64,000 nucleotides of DNA from Enoplolaimus lenunculus. Taxonomy: Eukaryota. The stretch is from the NCBI GenBank assembly GCA_030248215.1, contig JASANG010002574.1:248001-312000 (forward strand). Reading direction: 5' to 3'. Below the pieces are notes generated by a model. It worked only from the letters and a program-made list of their open reading frames with translations, was not told the origin of the DNA and searched no databases. The translations under genes and the position numbers were made by a program. Within the stretch, counting starts at the first letter, position 1, and the number at the start of each line of letters is the position of its first letter. This document shows, piece after piece, positions 63,850-64,000 of the stretch.

Positions 63850-64000
63850 GTTTTATCCGACACTAATTTGAAACAAGGCAAACGTCCCCTGTAGCACTGC
63901 TGTAATATTATTTTGTAATTCTGTTACATTATCTAGCGGACTGAAACTTTCTGGTATTTTTACGCCCGTTTAAAACGCTTTCAAATTTCAATTAAACTAC

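Overview
Eukaryotic, AT-rich, intron- and MITE-dense DNA, most likely a nematode (TTTCAG-type acceptors, TTAGGC repeats, and a gene matching my recollection of C. elegans rsbp-1). Almost the whole window is one minus-strand gene of the R7BP/R9AP (RGS7BP/RGS9BP) family. I assembled it by hand from 7 phase-consistent coding exons (57446 to 3577, 382 aa) with a ~48 kb second intron. That intron holds candidate alternative first exons. At the left end a plus-strand terminal exon (282-559) encodes a PAN/apple-like domain and converges on it. Nearly all non-coding space is filled by at least ten families of short non-autonomous DNA transposons, classed here from termini and target-site duplications: CACTG/2 bp, hAT/8 bp, piggyBac/TTAA, TA-targeting, PIF-Harbinger/TAA, P-Galileo-like/7 bp, and a GGCC/8 bp family carrying telomere-like TTAGGC runs. 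There are several nested insertions, putative Helitron-type pieces and tandem arrays of 93, 38, 21 and ~155-175 bp. I saw no transposase ORF, CRISPR array, rRNA or intact tRNA, and no clearly new biological system. The best leads are the multi-start rsbp-1 architecture, a piggyBac MITE carrying a tRNA-Gly-like Pol III cassette, and the telomere-repeat-carrying MITE. All family assignments come from reading the sequence and from memory, not from database searches.
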